Of a stretch of DNA of 64,000 bases, positions 41,441 to 56,400 are shown piece by piece. How positions within the stretch are numbered: the stretch's first letter is position 1; each line of letters starts with the position of its first letter. Location: assembly GCF_009914755.1 (NCBI RefSeq), contig NC_060939.1. The stretch is one strand, 5' to 3'. Made by a program: the position numbers and the translations under genes. This stretch comes from the human T2T-CHM13v2.0 reference genome, Homo sapiens. Under the pieces are notes generated by a model, which made no database searches, had not been told where the DNA came from, and worked only from the letters and a program-made list of their open reading frames with translations.

Positions 41441-44400
41441 TTGAGTCCATTCAATTCCATTCCTTTCGTTTCCATTCCATTTGATGCCATTCCATTCAAT
41501 TCTGTTCTACTCGACTCCAATACATTCAATTCCATTCCATCCGATTCCATTACATTCTTTTCATTTCTTGTCCATTTCAAGCCATTCCACTCCATTCCAT
41601 TCCACTCGTTTCCTTTCCATTCGAGTCCATTCCTCTCCAGTCCATTCCGTTCAATCCATTCCATTCCAGTCCATTCCATTCGAGTCCGTTCCATTCCAGT
41701 CCATTCCATTCGAGTCAATTCCATCCCATTCGATGTCTTTCCATAACGATCCATTCCATTCTATTCCTTTCGATTCCATTCCATTCTATTTCATTCCATT
41801 CGATTCCCTTCCATTGGACTCCTTTCCATTCGAGTGCATTCCATTCCGTTCCATTTCTTTCCGTTCTGTACGATTCCTACCGTTCGATTTCATTTTGTTC
41901 CAGTCCATTCCTTTCGCGTCCATTCCATTCCATTTCACTCCATTCGATTCCATTTCACTCGATTCCACTTCGTTCCATTTCATTGCATTCCATTCTATTC
42001 AACTCTATTGCCTTCCATTCCATTCCATTCGATTACATTCCATGCGATTCCATTCGAAATCGAATCAATTACATTGCAATCCATTACTATTGAGTCCATT
42101 TTATTCCAGTCCACTGCATTCTGGTCCATTCCATTTGATTCCATTCCATTCTATTCCATTCCATACAGTTGCATTCCATTGGATTCCATTCTATATCTAT
42201 AAATTCAATTGGAGACCATTGCTTTTGAGTCCATTCTATATGATTCCATTCCATTCAAGTCCATTACATTTGGTTCAATTCCATTCCATTCCATTCCCTT
42301 CCATTCCATTCCAGTTGATATCAATCCATTCGATTCCATTCCATTCGAGCACATTCCATTCGAGTCCATTTCATTCGATGCCATTCCATTTGATTCTATT
42401 CCATTAGTCTCCATTCAATTCCATTAATCTCCATTCCATTCCATTCTACTCCAACTGATTCCATTCCATTCTATTCCTTTCCATTCCATTTCATTCCATT
42501 CCATTCCATTTCATTCCATTCCATTCCATTCGCTTCCATTCCATTCGTGTCCATTCCACTCCAGTCCATTCCATTCGTGTCCATTCCATTCCAGTCCATT
42601 CCATTTGTGTCCACTGCATTCCATTCCACTCCATTCCATATTATTCCATTACACTCCATTCCGTTCTATTACTTTCATTTCCATTCAATTCCATTCCATT
42701 TGATTCCATTCCACTCGGTTTCATTCCATTTGAGTCCACTCCATTCCATTCCATTCCATTCCATTCAGTTCCATTCCATTCTGTTCCATTCCATTCCGTT
42801 CCATTGCATTCCATTCCATTCGGTACCATTCCATATTGTTCCATTCGATTCCATTCGAATCCATTCCATTCCAGTCCATTCCATTCGATTCCATTCCATT
42901 CCTTTCAATTCCATTCCATTCCATTCCATTCCACTTGATTCCACTCCATTCCCTTCCACTGCATTCCATTCGATTCCATTCCATTGCTTTGCATTCCATT
43001 CCATTGGATTGCATTCCATTCGATTCCATTCCATTCGAATCAATTACATAGCAATCCATTACATTCGAGTCTATTCTATTCCGTTCCATTCGATTTCGTT
43101 CCAATCCATTCGATTCCATTCCATTCGATTCCATTCCATATTATTGCATTCCATTCGATTACATTATATTCGAATAAGTTCCATTCAAGACCATTTCTTT
43201 TGAGTCCATTCTATTTGAGTCCATTCCCTTTGATTCCATAACATTTGAGTCCATTCAATTCCATTCCTTTCGTTTCCATTCCATTTGATGCCATTCCATT
43301 CAATTCTGTTCTACTCGACTCCAATACATTCAATTCCATTCCATCCGATTCCATTACATTCTTTTCATTTCTTATCCATTTCAAGCCATTCCACTCCATT
43401 CCATTCCACTCGTTTCCTTTCCATTCGAGTCCATTCCTCTCCAGTCCATTCCGTTCAATCCATTCCATTCCAGTCCATTCCATTCGAGTCCGTTCCATTC
43501 CAGTCCATTCCATTCGAGTCAATTCCATCCCATTCGATGTCTTTCCATAACGATCCATTCCATTCTATTCCTTTCGATTCCATTCCATTCTATTTCATTC
43601 CATTCGATTCCCTTCCATTGGACTCCTTTCCATTCGAGTGCATTCCATTCCGTTCCATTTCTTTCCGTTCTGTACGATTCCTACCGTTCGATTTCATTTT
43701 GTTCCAGTCCATTCCTTTCGCGTCCATTCCATTCCATTTCACTCCATTCGATTCCATTTCACTCGATTCCACTTCGTTGCATTTCATTGCATTCCATTCT
43801 ATTCAACTCTATTGCCTTCCATTCCATTCCATTCGATTACATTCCATGCGATTCCATTCGAAATCGAATCAATTACATTGCAATCCATTACTATTGTGTC
43901 CATTTTATTCCAGTCCACTGCATTCTGGTCCATTCCATTTGATTCCATTCCATTCTATTCCATTCCATACAGTTGCATTCCATTGGATTCCATTCTATAT
44001 CTATAAATTCAATTGGAGACCATTGCTTTTGAGTCCATTCTATATGATTCCATTCCATTCAAGTCCATTACATTTGGTTCAATTCCATTCCATTCCATTC
44101 CCTTCCATTCCATTCCAGTTGATATCAATCCATTCGATTCCATTCCATTCGAGCACATTCCATTCGAGTCCATTCCATTCGATGCCATTCCATTTGATTC
44201 TATTCCATTAGTCTCCATTCAATTCCATTAATCTCCATTCCATTCCATTCTACTCCAACTGATTCCATTCCATTCTATTCCTTTCCATTCCATTTCATTC
44301 CATTCCATTCCATTTCATTCCATTCCATTCCATTCGCTTCCATTCCATTCGTGTCCATTCCACTCCAGTCCATTCCATTCGTGTCCATTCCATTCCAGTC

Positions 44401-47400
44401 CATTCCATTTGTGTCCACTGCATTCCATTCCACTCCATTCCATATTATTCCATTACACTCCATTCCGTTCTATTACTTTCATTTCCATTCAATTCCATTC
44501 CATTTGATTCCATTCCACTCGGTTTCATTCCATTTGAGTCCACTCCATTCCATTCCATTCCATTCCATTCAGTTCCATTCCATTCTGTTCCATTCCATTC
44601 CGTTCCATTGCATTCCATTCCATTCGGTACCATTCCATATTGTTCCATTCGATTCCATTCGAATCCATTCCATTCCAGTCCATTCCATTCGATTCCATTC
44701 CATTCCTTTCAATTCCATTCCATTCCATTCCATTCCACTTGATTCCACTCCATTCCCTTCCAATGCATTCCATTCGAATCCATTCCATTGCTTTGCATTC
44801 CATTCCATTGGATTGCATTCCATTCGATTCCATTCCATTCGAATCAATTACATAGCAATCCATTACATTCGAGTCTATTCTATTCCGTTCCATTCGATTT
44901 CGTTCCAATCCATTCGATTCCATTCCATTCGATTCCATTCCATACTATTGCATTCCATTCGATTACATTATATTCGAATAAGTTCCATTCAAGACCATTT
45001 CTTTTGAGTCCATTCTATTTGAGTCCATTCCCTTTGATTCCATAACATTTGAGTCCATTCAATTCCATTCCTTTCGTTTCCATTCCATTTGATGCCATTC
45101 CATTCAATTCTGTTCTACTCGACTCCAATACATTCAATTCCATTCCATCCGATTCCATTACATTCTTTTCATTTCTTATCCATTTCAAGCCATTCCACTC
45201 CATTCCATTCCACTCGTTTCCTTTCCATTCGAGTCCATTCCTCTCCAGTCCATTCCGTTCAATCCATTCCATTCCAGTCCATTCCATTCGAGTCCGTTCC
45301 ATTCCAGTCCATTCCATTCGAGTCAATTCCATCCCATTCGATGTCTTTCCATAACGATCCATTCCATTCTATTCCTTTCGATTCCATTCCATTCTATTTC
45401 ATTCCATTCGATTCCCTTCCATTGGACTCCTTTCCATTCGAGTGCATTCCATTCCGTTCCATTTCTTTCCGTTCTGTACGATTCCTACCGTTCGATTTCA
45501 TTTTGTTCCAGTCCATTCCTTTCGCGTCCATTCCATTCCATTTCACTCCATTCGATTCCATTTCACTCGATTCCACTTCGTTCCATTTCATTGCATTCCA
45601 TTCTATTCAACTCTATTGCCTTCCATTCCATTCCATTCGATTACATTCCATGCGATTCCATTCGAAATCGAATCAATTACATTGCAATCCATTACTATTG
45701 AGTCCATTTTATTCCAGTCCACTGCATTCTGGTCCATTCCATTTGATTCCATTCCATTCTATTCCATTCCATACAGTTGCATTCCATTGGATTCCATTCT
45801 ATATCTATAAATTCAATTGGAGACCATTGCTTTTCAGTCCATTCTATATGATTCCATTCCATTCAAGTCCATTACATTTGTTTCAATTCCATTCCATTCC
45901 ATTCCCTTCCATTCCATTCCAGTTGATATCAATCCATTCGATTCCATTCCATTCGAGCACATTCCATTCGAGTCCATTCCATTCGATGCCATTCCATTTG
46001 ATTCTATTCCATTAGTCTCCATTCAATTCCATTAATCTCCATTCCATTCCATTCTACTCCAACTGATTCCATTCCATTCTATTCCTTTCCATTCCATTTC
46101 ATTCCATTCCATTCCATTTCATTCCATTCCATTCCATTCGCTTCCATTCCATTCGTGTCCATTCCACTCCAGTCCATTCCATTCGTGTCCATTCCATTCC
46201 AGTCCATTCCATTTGTGTCCACTGCATTCCATTCCACTCCATTCCATATTATTCCATTACAATCCATTCCGTTCTATTACTTTCATTTCCATTCAATTCC
46301 ATTCCATTTGATTCCATTCCACTCGGTTTCATTCCATTTGAGTCCACTCCATTCCATTCCATTCCATTCCATTCAGTTCCATTCCATTCTGTTCCATTCC
46401 ATTCCGTTCCATTGCATTCCATTCCATTCGGTACCATTCCATATTGTTCCATTCGATTCCATTCGAATCCATTCCATTCCAGTCCATTCCATTCGATTCC
46501 ATTCCATTCCTTTCAATTCCATTCCATTCCATTCCATTCCACTTGATTCCACTCCATTCCCTTCCACTGCATTCCATTCGATTCCATTCCATTGCTTTGC
46601 ATTCCATTCCATTGGATTGCATTCCATTCGATTCCATTCCATTCGAATCAATTACATAGCAATCCATTACATTCGAGTCTATTCTATTCCGTTCCATTCG
46701 ATTTCGTTCCAATCCATTCGATTCCATTCCATTCGATTCCATTCCATACTATTGCATTCCATTCGATTACATTATATTCGAATAAGTTCCATTCAAGACC
46801 ATTTCTTTTGAGTCCATTCTATTTGAGTCCATTCCCTTTGATTCCATAACATTTGAGTCCATTCAATTCCATTCCTTTCGTTTCCATTCCATTTGATGCC
46901 ATTCCATTCAATTCTGTTCTACTCGACTCCAATACATTCAATTCCATTCCATCCGATTCCATTACATTCTTTTCATTTCTTATCCATTTCAAGCCATTCC
47001 ACTCCATTCCATTCCACTCGTTTCCTTTCCATTCGAGTCCATTCCTCTCCAGTCCATTCCGTTCAATCCATTCCATTCCAGTCCATTCCATTCGAGTCCG
47101 TTCCATTCCAGTCCATTCCATTCGAGTCAATTCCATCCCATTCGATGTCTTTCCATAACGATCCATTCCATTCTATTCCTTTCGATTCCATTCCATTCTA
47201 TTTCATTCCATTCGATTCCCTTCCATTGGACTCCTTTCCATTCGAGTGCATTCCATTCCGTTCCATTTCTTTCCGTTCTGTACGATTCCTACCGTTCGAT
47301 TTCATTTTGTTCCAGTCCATTCCTTTCGCGTCCATTCCATTCCATTTCACTCCATTCGATTCCATTTCACTCGATTCCACTTCGTTCCATTTCATTGCAT

Positions 47401-50400
47401 TCCATTCTATTCAACTCTATTGCCTTCCATTCCATTCCATTCGATTACATTCCATGCGATTCCATTCGAAATCGAATCAATTACATTGCAATCCATTACT
47501 ATTGAGTCCATTTTATTCCAGTCCACTGCATTCTGGTCCATTCCATTTGATTCCATTCCATTCTATTCCATTCCATACAGTTGCATTCCATTGGATTCCA
47601 TTCTATATCTATAAATTCAATTGGAGACCATTGCTTTTGAGTCCATTCTATATGATTCCATTCCATTCAAGTCCATTACATTTGGTTCAATTCCATTCCA
47701 TTCCATTCCCTTCCATTCCATTCCAGTTGATATCAATCCATTCGATTCCATTCCATTCGAGCACATTCCATTCGAGTCCATTCCATTCGATGCCATTCCA
47801 TTTGATTCTATTCCATTAGTCTCCATTCAATTCCATTAATCTCCATTCCATTCCATTCTACTCCAACTGATTCCATTCCATTCTATTCCTTTCCATTCCA
47901 TTTCATTCCATTCCATTCCATTTCATTCCATTCCATTCCATTCGCTTCCATTCCATTCGTGTCCATTCCACTCCAGTCCATTCCATTCGTGTCCATTCCA
48001 TTCCAGTCCATTCCATTTGTGTCCACTGCATTCCATTCCACTCCATTCCATATTATTCCATTACACTCCATTCCGTTCTATTACTTTCATTTCCATTCAA
48101 TTCCATTCCATTTGATTCCATTCCACTCGGTTTCATTCCATTTGAGTCCACTCCATTCCATTCCATTCCATTCCATTCAGTTCCATTCCATTCTGTTCCA
48201 TTCCATTCCGTTCCATTGCATTCCATTCCATTCGGTACCATTCCATATTGTTCCATTCGATTCCATTCGAATCCATTCCATTCCAGTCCATTCCATTCGA
48301 TTCCATTCCATTCCTTTCAATTCCATTCCATTCCATTCCATTCCACTTGATTCCACTCCATTCCCTTCCACTGCATTCCATTCGATTCCATTCCATTGCT
48401 TTGCATTCCATTCCATTGGATTGCATTCCATTCGATTCCATTCCATTCGAATCAATTACATAGCAATCCATTACATTCGAGTCTATTCTATTCCGTTCCA
48501 TTCGATTTCGTTCCAATCCATTCGATTCCATTCCATTCGATTCCATTCCATACTATTGCATTCCATTCGATTACATTATATTCGAATAAGTTCCATTCAA
48601 GACCATTTCTTTTGAGTCCATTCTATTTGAGTCCATTCCCTTTGATTCCATAACATTTGAGTCCATTCAATTCCATTCCTTTCGTTTCCATTCCATTTGA
48701 TGCCATTCCATTCAATTCTGTTCTACTCGACTCCAATACATTCAATTCCATTCCATCCGATTCCATTACATTCTTTTCATTTCTTATCCATTTCAAGCCA
48801 TTCCACTCCATTCCATTCCACTCGTTTCCTTTCCATTCGAGTCCATTCCTCTCCAGTCCATTCCGTTCAATCCATTCCATTCCAGTCCATTCCATTCGAG
48901 TCCGTTCCATTCCAGTCCATTCCATTCGAGTCAATTCCATCCCATTCGATGTCTTTCCATAACGATCCATTCCATTCTATTCCTTTCGATTCCATTCCAT
49001 TCTATTTCATTCCATTCGATTCCCTTCCATTGGACTCCTTTCCATTCGAGTGCATTCCATTCCGTTCCATTTCTTTCCGTTCTGTACGATTCCTACCGTT
49101 CGATTTCATTTTGTTCCAGTCCATTCCTTTCGCGTCCATTCCATTCCATTTCACTCCATTCGATTCCATTTCACTCGATTCCACTTCGTTCCATTTCATT
49201 GCATTCCATTCTATTCAACTCTATTGCCTTCCATTCCATTCCATTCGATTACATTCCATGCGATTCCATTCGAAATCGAATCAATTACATTGCAATCCAT
49301 TACTATTGAGTCCATTTTATTCCAGTCCACTGCATTCTGGTCCATTCCATTTGATTCCATTCCATTCTATTCCATTCCATACAGTTGCATTCCATTGGAT
49401 TCCATTCTATATCTATAAATTCAATTGGATACCATTGCTTTTGAGTCCATTCTATATGATTCCATTCCATTCAAGTCCATTACATTTGGTTCAATTCCAT
49501 TCCATTCCATTCCCTTCCATTCCATTCCAGTTGATATCAATCCATTCGATTCCATTCCATTCGAGCACATTCCATTCGAGTCCATTCCATTCGATGCCAT
49601 TCCATTTGATTCTATTCCATTAGTCTCCATTCAATTCCATTAATCTCCATTCCATTCCATTCTACTCCAACTGATTCCATTCCATTCTATTCCTTTCCAT
49701 TCCATTTCATTCCATTCCATTCCATTTCATTCCATTCCATTCCATTCGCTTCCATTCCATTCGTGTCCATTCCACTCCAGTCCATTCCATTCGTGTCCAT
49801 TCCATTCCAGTCCATTCCATTTGTGTCCACTGCATTCCATTCCACTCCATTCCATATTATTCCATTACACTCCATTCCGTTCTATTACTTTCATTTCCAT
49901 TCAATTCCATTCCATTTGATTCCATTCCACTCGGTTTCATTCCATTTGAGTCCACTCCATTCCATTCCATTCCATTCCATTCAGTTCCATTCCATTCTGT
50001 TCCATTCCATTCCGTTCCATTGCATTCCATTCCATTCGGTACCATTCCATATTGTTCCATTCGATTCCATTCGAATCCATTCCATTCCAGTCCATTCCAT
50101 TCGATTCCATTCCATTCCTTTCAATTCCATTCCATTCCATTCCATTCCACTTGATTCCACTCCATTACCTTCCACTGCATTCCATTCGATTCCATTCCAT
50201 TGCTTTGCATTCCATTCCATTGGATTGCATTCCATTCGATTCCATTCCATTCGAATCAATTACATAGCAATCCATTACATTCGAGTCTATTCTATTCCGT
50301 TCCATTCGATTTCGTTCCAATCCATTCGATTCCATTCCATTCGATTCCATTCCATACTATTGCATTCCATTCGATTACATTATATTCGAATAAGTTCCAT

Positions 50401-53400
50401 TCAAGACCATTTCTTTTGAGTCCATTCTATTTGAGTCCATTCCCTTTGATTCCATAACATTTGAGTCCATTCAATTCCATTCCTTTCGTTTCCATTCCAT
50501 TTGATGCCATTCCATTCAATTCTGTTCTACTCGACTCCAATACATTCAATTCCATTCCATCCGATTCCATTACATTCTTTTCATTTCTTGTCCATTTCAA
50601 GCCATTCCACTCCATTCCATTCCACTCGTTTCCTTTCCATTCGAGTCCATTCCTCTCCAGTCCATTCCGTTCAATCCATTCCATTCCAGTCCATTCCATT
50701 CGAGTCCGTTCCATTCCAGTCCATTCCATTCGAGTCAATTCCATCCCATTCGATGTCTTTCCATAACGATCCATTCCATTCTATTCCTTTCGATTCCATT
50801 CCATTCTATTTCATTCCATTCGATTCCCTTCCATTGGACTCCTTTCCATTCGAGTGCATTCCATTCCGTTCCATTTCTTTCCGTTCTGTACGATTCCTAC
50901 CGTTCGATTTCATTTTGTTCCAGTCCATTCCTTTCGCGTCCATTCCATTCCATTTCACTCCATTCGATTCCATTTCACTCGATTCCACTTCGTTCCATTT
51001 CATTGCATTCCATTCTATTCAACTCTATTGCCTTCCATTCCATTCCATTCGATTACATTCCATGTGATTCCATTCGAAATCGAATCAATTACATTGCAAT
51101 CCATTACTATTGAGTCCATTTTATTCCAGTCCACTGCATTCTGGTCCATTCCATTTGATTCCATTCCATTCTATTCCATTCCATACAGTTGCATTCCATT
51201 GGATTCCATTCTATATCTATAAATTCAATTGGAGACCATTGCTTTTGAGTCCATTCTATATGATTCCATTCCATTCAAGTCCATTACATTTGGTTCAATT
51301 CCATTCCATTCCATTCCCTTCCATTCCATTCCAGTTGATATCAATCCATTCGATTCCATTCCATTCGAGCACATTCCATTCGAGTCCATTTCATTCGATG
51401 CCATTCCATTTGATTCTATTCCATTAGTCTCCATTCAATTCCATTAATCTCCATTCCATTCCATTCTACTCCAACTGATTCCATTCCATTCTATTCCTTT
51501 CCATTCCATTTCATTCCATTCCATTCCATTTCATTCCATTCCATTCCATTCGCTTCCATTCCATTCGTGTCCATTCCACTCCAGTCCATTCCATTCGTGT
51601 CCATTCCATTCCAGTCCATTCCATTTGTGTCCACTGCATTCCATTCCACTCCATTCCATATTATTCCATTACACTCCATTCCGTTCTATTACTTTCATTT
51701 CCATTCAATTCCATTCCATTTGATTCCATTCCACTCGGTTTCATTCCATTTGAGTCCACTCCATTCCATTCCATTCCATTCCATTCAGTTCCATTCCATT
51801 CTGTTCCATTCCATTCCGTTCCATTGCATTCCATTCCATTCGGTACCATTCCATATTGTTCCATTCGATTCCATTCGAATCCATTCCATTCCAGTCCATT
51901 CCATTCGATTCCATTCCATTCCTTTCAATTCCATTCCATTCCATTCCATTCCACTTGATTCCACTCCATTCCCTTCCACTGCATTCCATTCGATTCCATT
52001 CCATTGCTTTGCATTCCATTCCATTGGATTGCATTCCATTCGATTCCATTCCATTCGAATCAATTACATAGCAATCCATTACATTCGAGTCTATTCTATT
52101 CCGTTCCATTCGATTTCGTTCCAATCCATTCGATTCCATTCCATTCGATTCCATTCCATATTATTGCATTCCATTCGATTACATTATATTCGAATAAGTT
52201 CCATTCAAGACCATTTCTTTTGAGTCCATTCTATTTGAGTCCATTCCCTTTGATTCCATAACATTTGAGTCCATTCAATTCCATTCCTTTCGTTTCCATT
52301 CCATTTGATGCCATTCCATTCAATTCTGTTCTACTCGACTCCAATACATTCAATTCCATTCCATCCGATTCCATTACATTCTTTTCATTTCTTATCCATT
52401 TCAAGCCATTCCACTCCATTCCATTCCACTCGTTTCCTTTCCATTCGAGTCCATTCCTCTCCAGTCCATTCCGTTCAATCCATTCCATTCCAGTCCATTC
52501 CATTCGAGTCCGTTCCATTCCAGTCCATTCCATTCGAGTCAATTCCATCCCATTCGATGTCTTTCCATAACGATCCATTCCATTCTATTCCTTTCGATTC
52601 CATTCCATTCTATTTCATTCCATTCGATTCCCTTCCATTGGACTCCTTTCCATTCGAGTGCATTCCATTCCGTTCCATTTCTTTCCGTTCTGTACGATTC
52701 CTACCGTTCGATTTCATTTTGTTCCAGTCCATTCCTTTCGCGTCCATTCCATTCCATTTCACTCCATTCGATTCCATTTCACTCGATTCCACTTCGTTCC
52801 ATTTCATTGCATTCCATTCTATTCAACTCTATTGCCTTCCATTCCATTCCATTCGATTACATTCCATGCGATTCCATTCGAAATCGAATCAATTACATTG
52901 CAATCCATTACTATTGAGTCCATTTTATTCCAGTCCACTGCATTCTGGTCCATTCCATTTGATTCCATTCCATTCTATTCCATTCCATACAGTTGCATTC
53001 CATTGGATTCCATTCTATATCTATAAATTCAATTGGAGACCATTGCTTTTGAGTCCATTCTATATGATTCCATTCCATTCAAGTCCATTACATTTGGTTC
53101 AATTCCATTCCATTCCATTCCCTTCCATTCCATTCCAGTTGATATCAATCCATTCGATTCCATTCCATTCGAGCACATTCCATTCGAGTCCATTTCATTC
53201 GATGCCATTCCATTTGATTCTATTCCATTAGTCTCCATTCAATTCCATTAATCTCCATTCCATTCCATTCTACTCCAACTGATTCCATTCCATTCTATTC
53301 CTTTCCATTCCATTTCATTCCATTCCATTCCATTTCATTCCATTCCATTCCATTCGCTTCCATTCCATTCGTGTCCATTCCACTCCAGTCCATTCCATTC

Positions 53401-56400
53401 GTGTCCATTCCATTCCAGTCCATTCCATTTGTGTCCACTGCATTCCATTCCACTCCATTCCATATTATTCCATTACACTCCATTCCGTTCTATTACTTTC
53501 ATTTCCATTCAATTCCATTCCATTTGATTCCATTCCACTCGGTTTCATTCCATTTGAGTCCACTCCATTCCATTCCATTCCATTCCATTCAGTTCCATTC
53601 CATTCTGTTCCATTCCATTCCGTTCCATTGCATTCCATTCCATTCGGTACCATTCCATATTGTTCCATTCGATTCCATTCGAATCCATTCCATTCCAGTC
53701 CATTCCATTCGATTCCATTCCATTCCTTTCAATTCCATTCCATTCCATTCCATTCCACTTGATTCCACTCCATTCCCTTCCACTGCATTCCATTCGATTC
53801 CATTCCATTGCTTTGCATTCCATTCCATTGGATTGCATTCCATTCGATTCCATTCCATTCGAATCAATTACATAGCAATCCATTACATTCGAGTCTATTC
53901 TATTCCGTTCCATTCGATTTCGTTCCAATCCATTCGATTCCATTCCATTCGATTCCATTCCATATTATTGCATTCCATTCGATTACATTATATTCGAATA
54001 AGTTCCATTCAAGACCATTTCTTTTGAGTCCATTCTATTTGAGTCCACTCCCTTTGATTCCATAACATTTGAGTCCATTCAATTCCATTCCTTTCGTTTC
54101 CATTCCATTTGATGCCATTCCATTCAATTCTGTTCTACTCGACTCCAATACATTCAATTCCATTCCATCCGATTCCATTACATTCTTTTCATTTCTTATC
54201 CATTTCAAGCCATTCCACTCCATTCCATTCCACTCGTTTCCTTTCCATTCGAGTCCATTCCTCTCCAGTCCATTCCGTTCAATCCATTCCATTCCAGTCC
54301 ATTCCATTCGAGTCCGTTCCATTCCAGTCCATTCCATTCGAGTCAATTCCATCCCATTCGATGTCTTTCCATAACGATCCATTCCATTCTATTCCTTTCG
54401 ATTCCATTCCATTCTATTTCATTCCATTCGATTCCCTTCCATTGGACTCCTTTCCATTCGAGTGCATTCCATTCCGTTCCATTTCTTTCCGTTCTGTACG
54501 ATTCCTACCGTTCGATTTCATTTTGTTCCAGTCCATTCCTTTCGCGTCCATTCCATTCCATTTCACTCCATTCGATTCCATTTCACTCGATTCCACTTCG
54601 TTGCATTTCATTGCATTCCATTCTATTCAACTCTATTGCCTTCCATTCCATTCCATTCGATTACATTCCATGCGATTCCATTCGAAATCGAATCAATTAC
54701 ATTGCAATCCATTACTATTGAGTCCATTTTATTCCAGTCCACTGCATTCTGGTCCATTCCATTTGATTCCATTCCATTCTATTCCATTCCATACAGTTGC
54801 ATTCCATTGGATTCCATTCTATATCTATAAATTCAATTGGAGACCATTGCTTTTGAGTCCATTCTATATGATTCCATTCCATTCAAGTCCATTACATTTG
54901 GTTCAATTCCATTCCATTCCATTCCCTTCCATTCCATTCCAGTTGATATCAATCCATTCGATTCCATTCCATTCGAGCACATTCCATTCGAGTCCATTCC
55001 ATTCGATGCCATTCCATTTGATTCTATTCCATTAGTCTCCATTCAATTCCATTAATCTCCATTCCATTCCATTCTACTCCAACTGATTCCATTCCATTCT
55101 ATTCCTTTCCATTCCATTTCATTCCATTCCATTCCATTTCATTCCATTCCATTCCATTCGCTTCCATTCCATTCGTGTCCATTCCACTCCAGTCCATTCC
55201 ATTCGTGTCCATTCCATTCCAGTCCATTCCATTTGTGTCCACTGCATTCCATTCCACTCCATTCCATATTATTCCATTACACTCCATTCCGTTCTATTAC
55301 TTTCATTTCCATTCAATTCCATTCCATTTGATTCCATTCCACTCGGTTTCATTCCATTTGAGTCCACTCCATTCCATTCCATTCCATTCCATTCAGTTCC
55401 ATTCCATTCTGTTCCATTCCATTCCGTTCCATTGCATTCCATTCCATTCGGTACCATTCCATATTGTTCCATTCGATTCCATTCGAATCCATTCCATTCC
55501 AGTCCATTCCATTCGATTCCATTCCATTCCTTTCAATTCCATTCCATTCCATTCCATTCCACTTGATTCCACTCCATTCCCTTCCAATGCATTCCATTCG
55601 AATCCATTCCATTGCTTTGCATTCCATTCCATTGGATTGCATTCCATTCGATTCCATTCCATTCGAATCAATTACATAGCAATCCATTACATTCGAGTCT
55701 ATTCTATTCCGTTCCATTCGATTTCGTTCCAATCCATTCGATTCCATTCCATTCGATTCCATTCCATACTATTGCATTCCATTCGATTACATTATATTCG
55801 AATAAGTTCCATTCAAGACCATTTCTTTTGAGTCCATTCTATTTGAGTCCATTCCCTTTGATTCCATAACATTTGAGTCCATTCAATTCCATTCCTTTCG
55901 TTTCCATTCCATTTGATGCCATTCCATTCAATTCTGTTCTACTCGACTCCAATACATTCAATTCCATTCCATCCGATTCCATTACATTCTTTTCATTTCT
56001 TATCCATTTCAAGCCATTCCACTCCATTCCATTCCACTCGTTTCCTTTCCATTCGAGTCCATTCCTCTCCAGTCCATTCCGTTCAATCCATTCCATTCCA
56101 GTCCATTCCATTCGAGTCCGTTCCATTCCAGTCCATTCCATTCGAGTCAATTCCATCCCATTCGATGTCTTTCCATAACGATCCATTCCATTCTATTCCT
56201 TTCGATTCCATTCCATTCTATTTCATTCCATTCGATTCCCTTCCATTGGACTCCTTTCCATTCGAGTGCATTCCATTCCGTTCCATTTCTTTCCGTTCTG
56301 TACGATTCCTACCGTTCGATTTCATTTTGTTCCAGTCCATTCCTTTCGCGTCCATTCCATTCCATTTCACTCCATTCGATTCCATTTCACTCGATTCCAC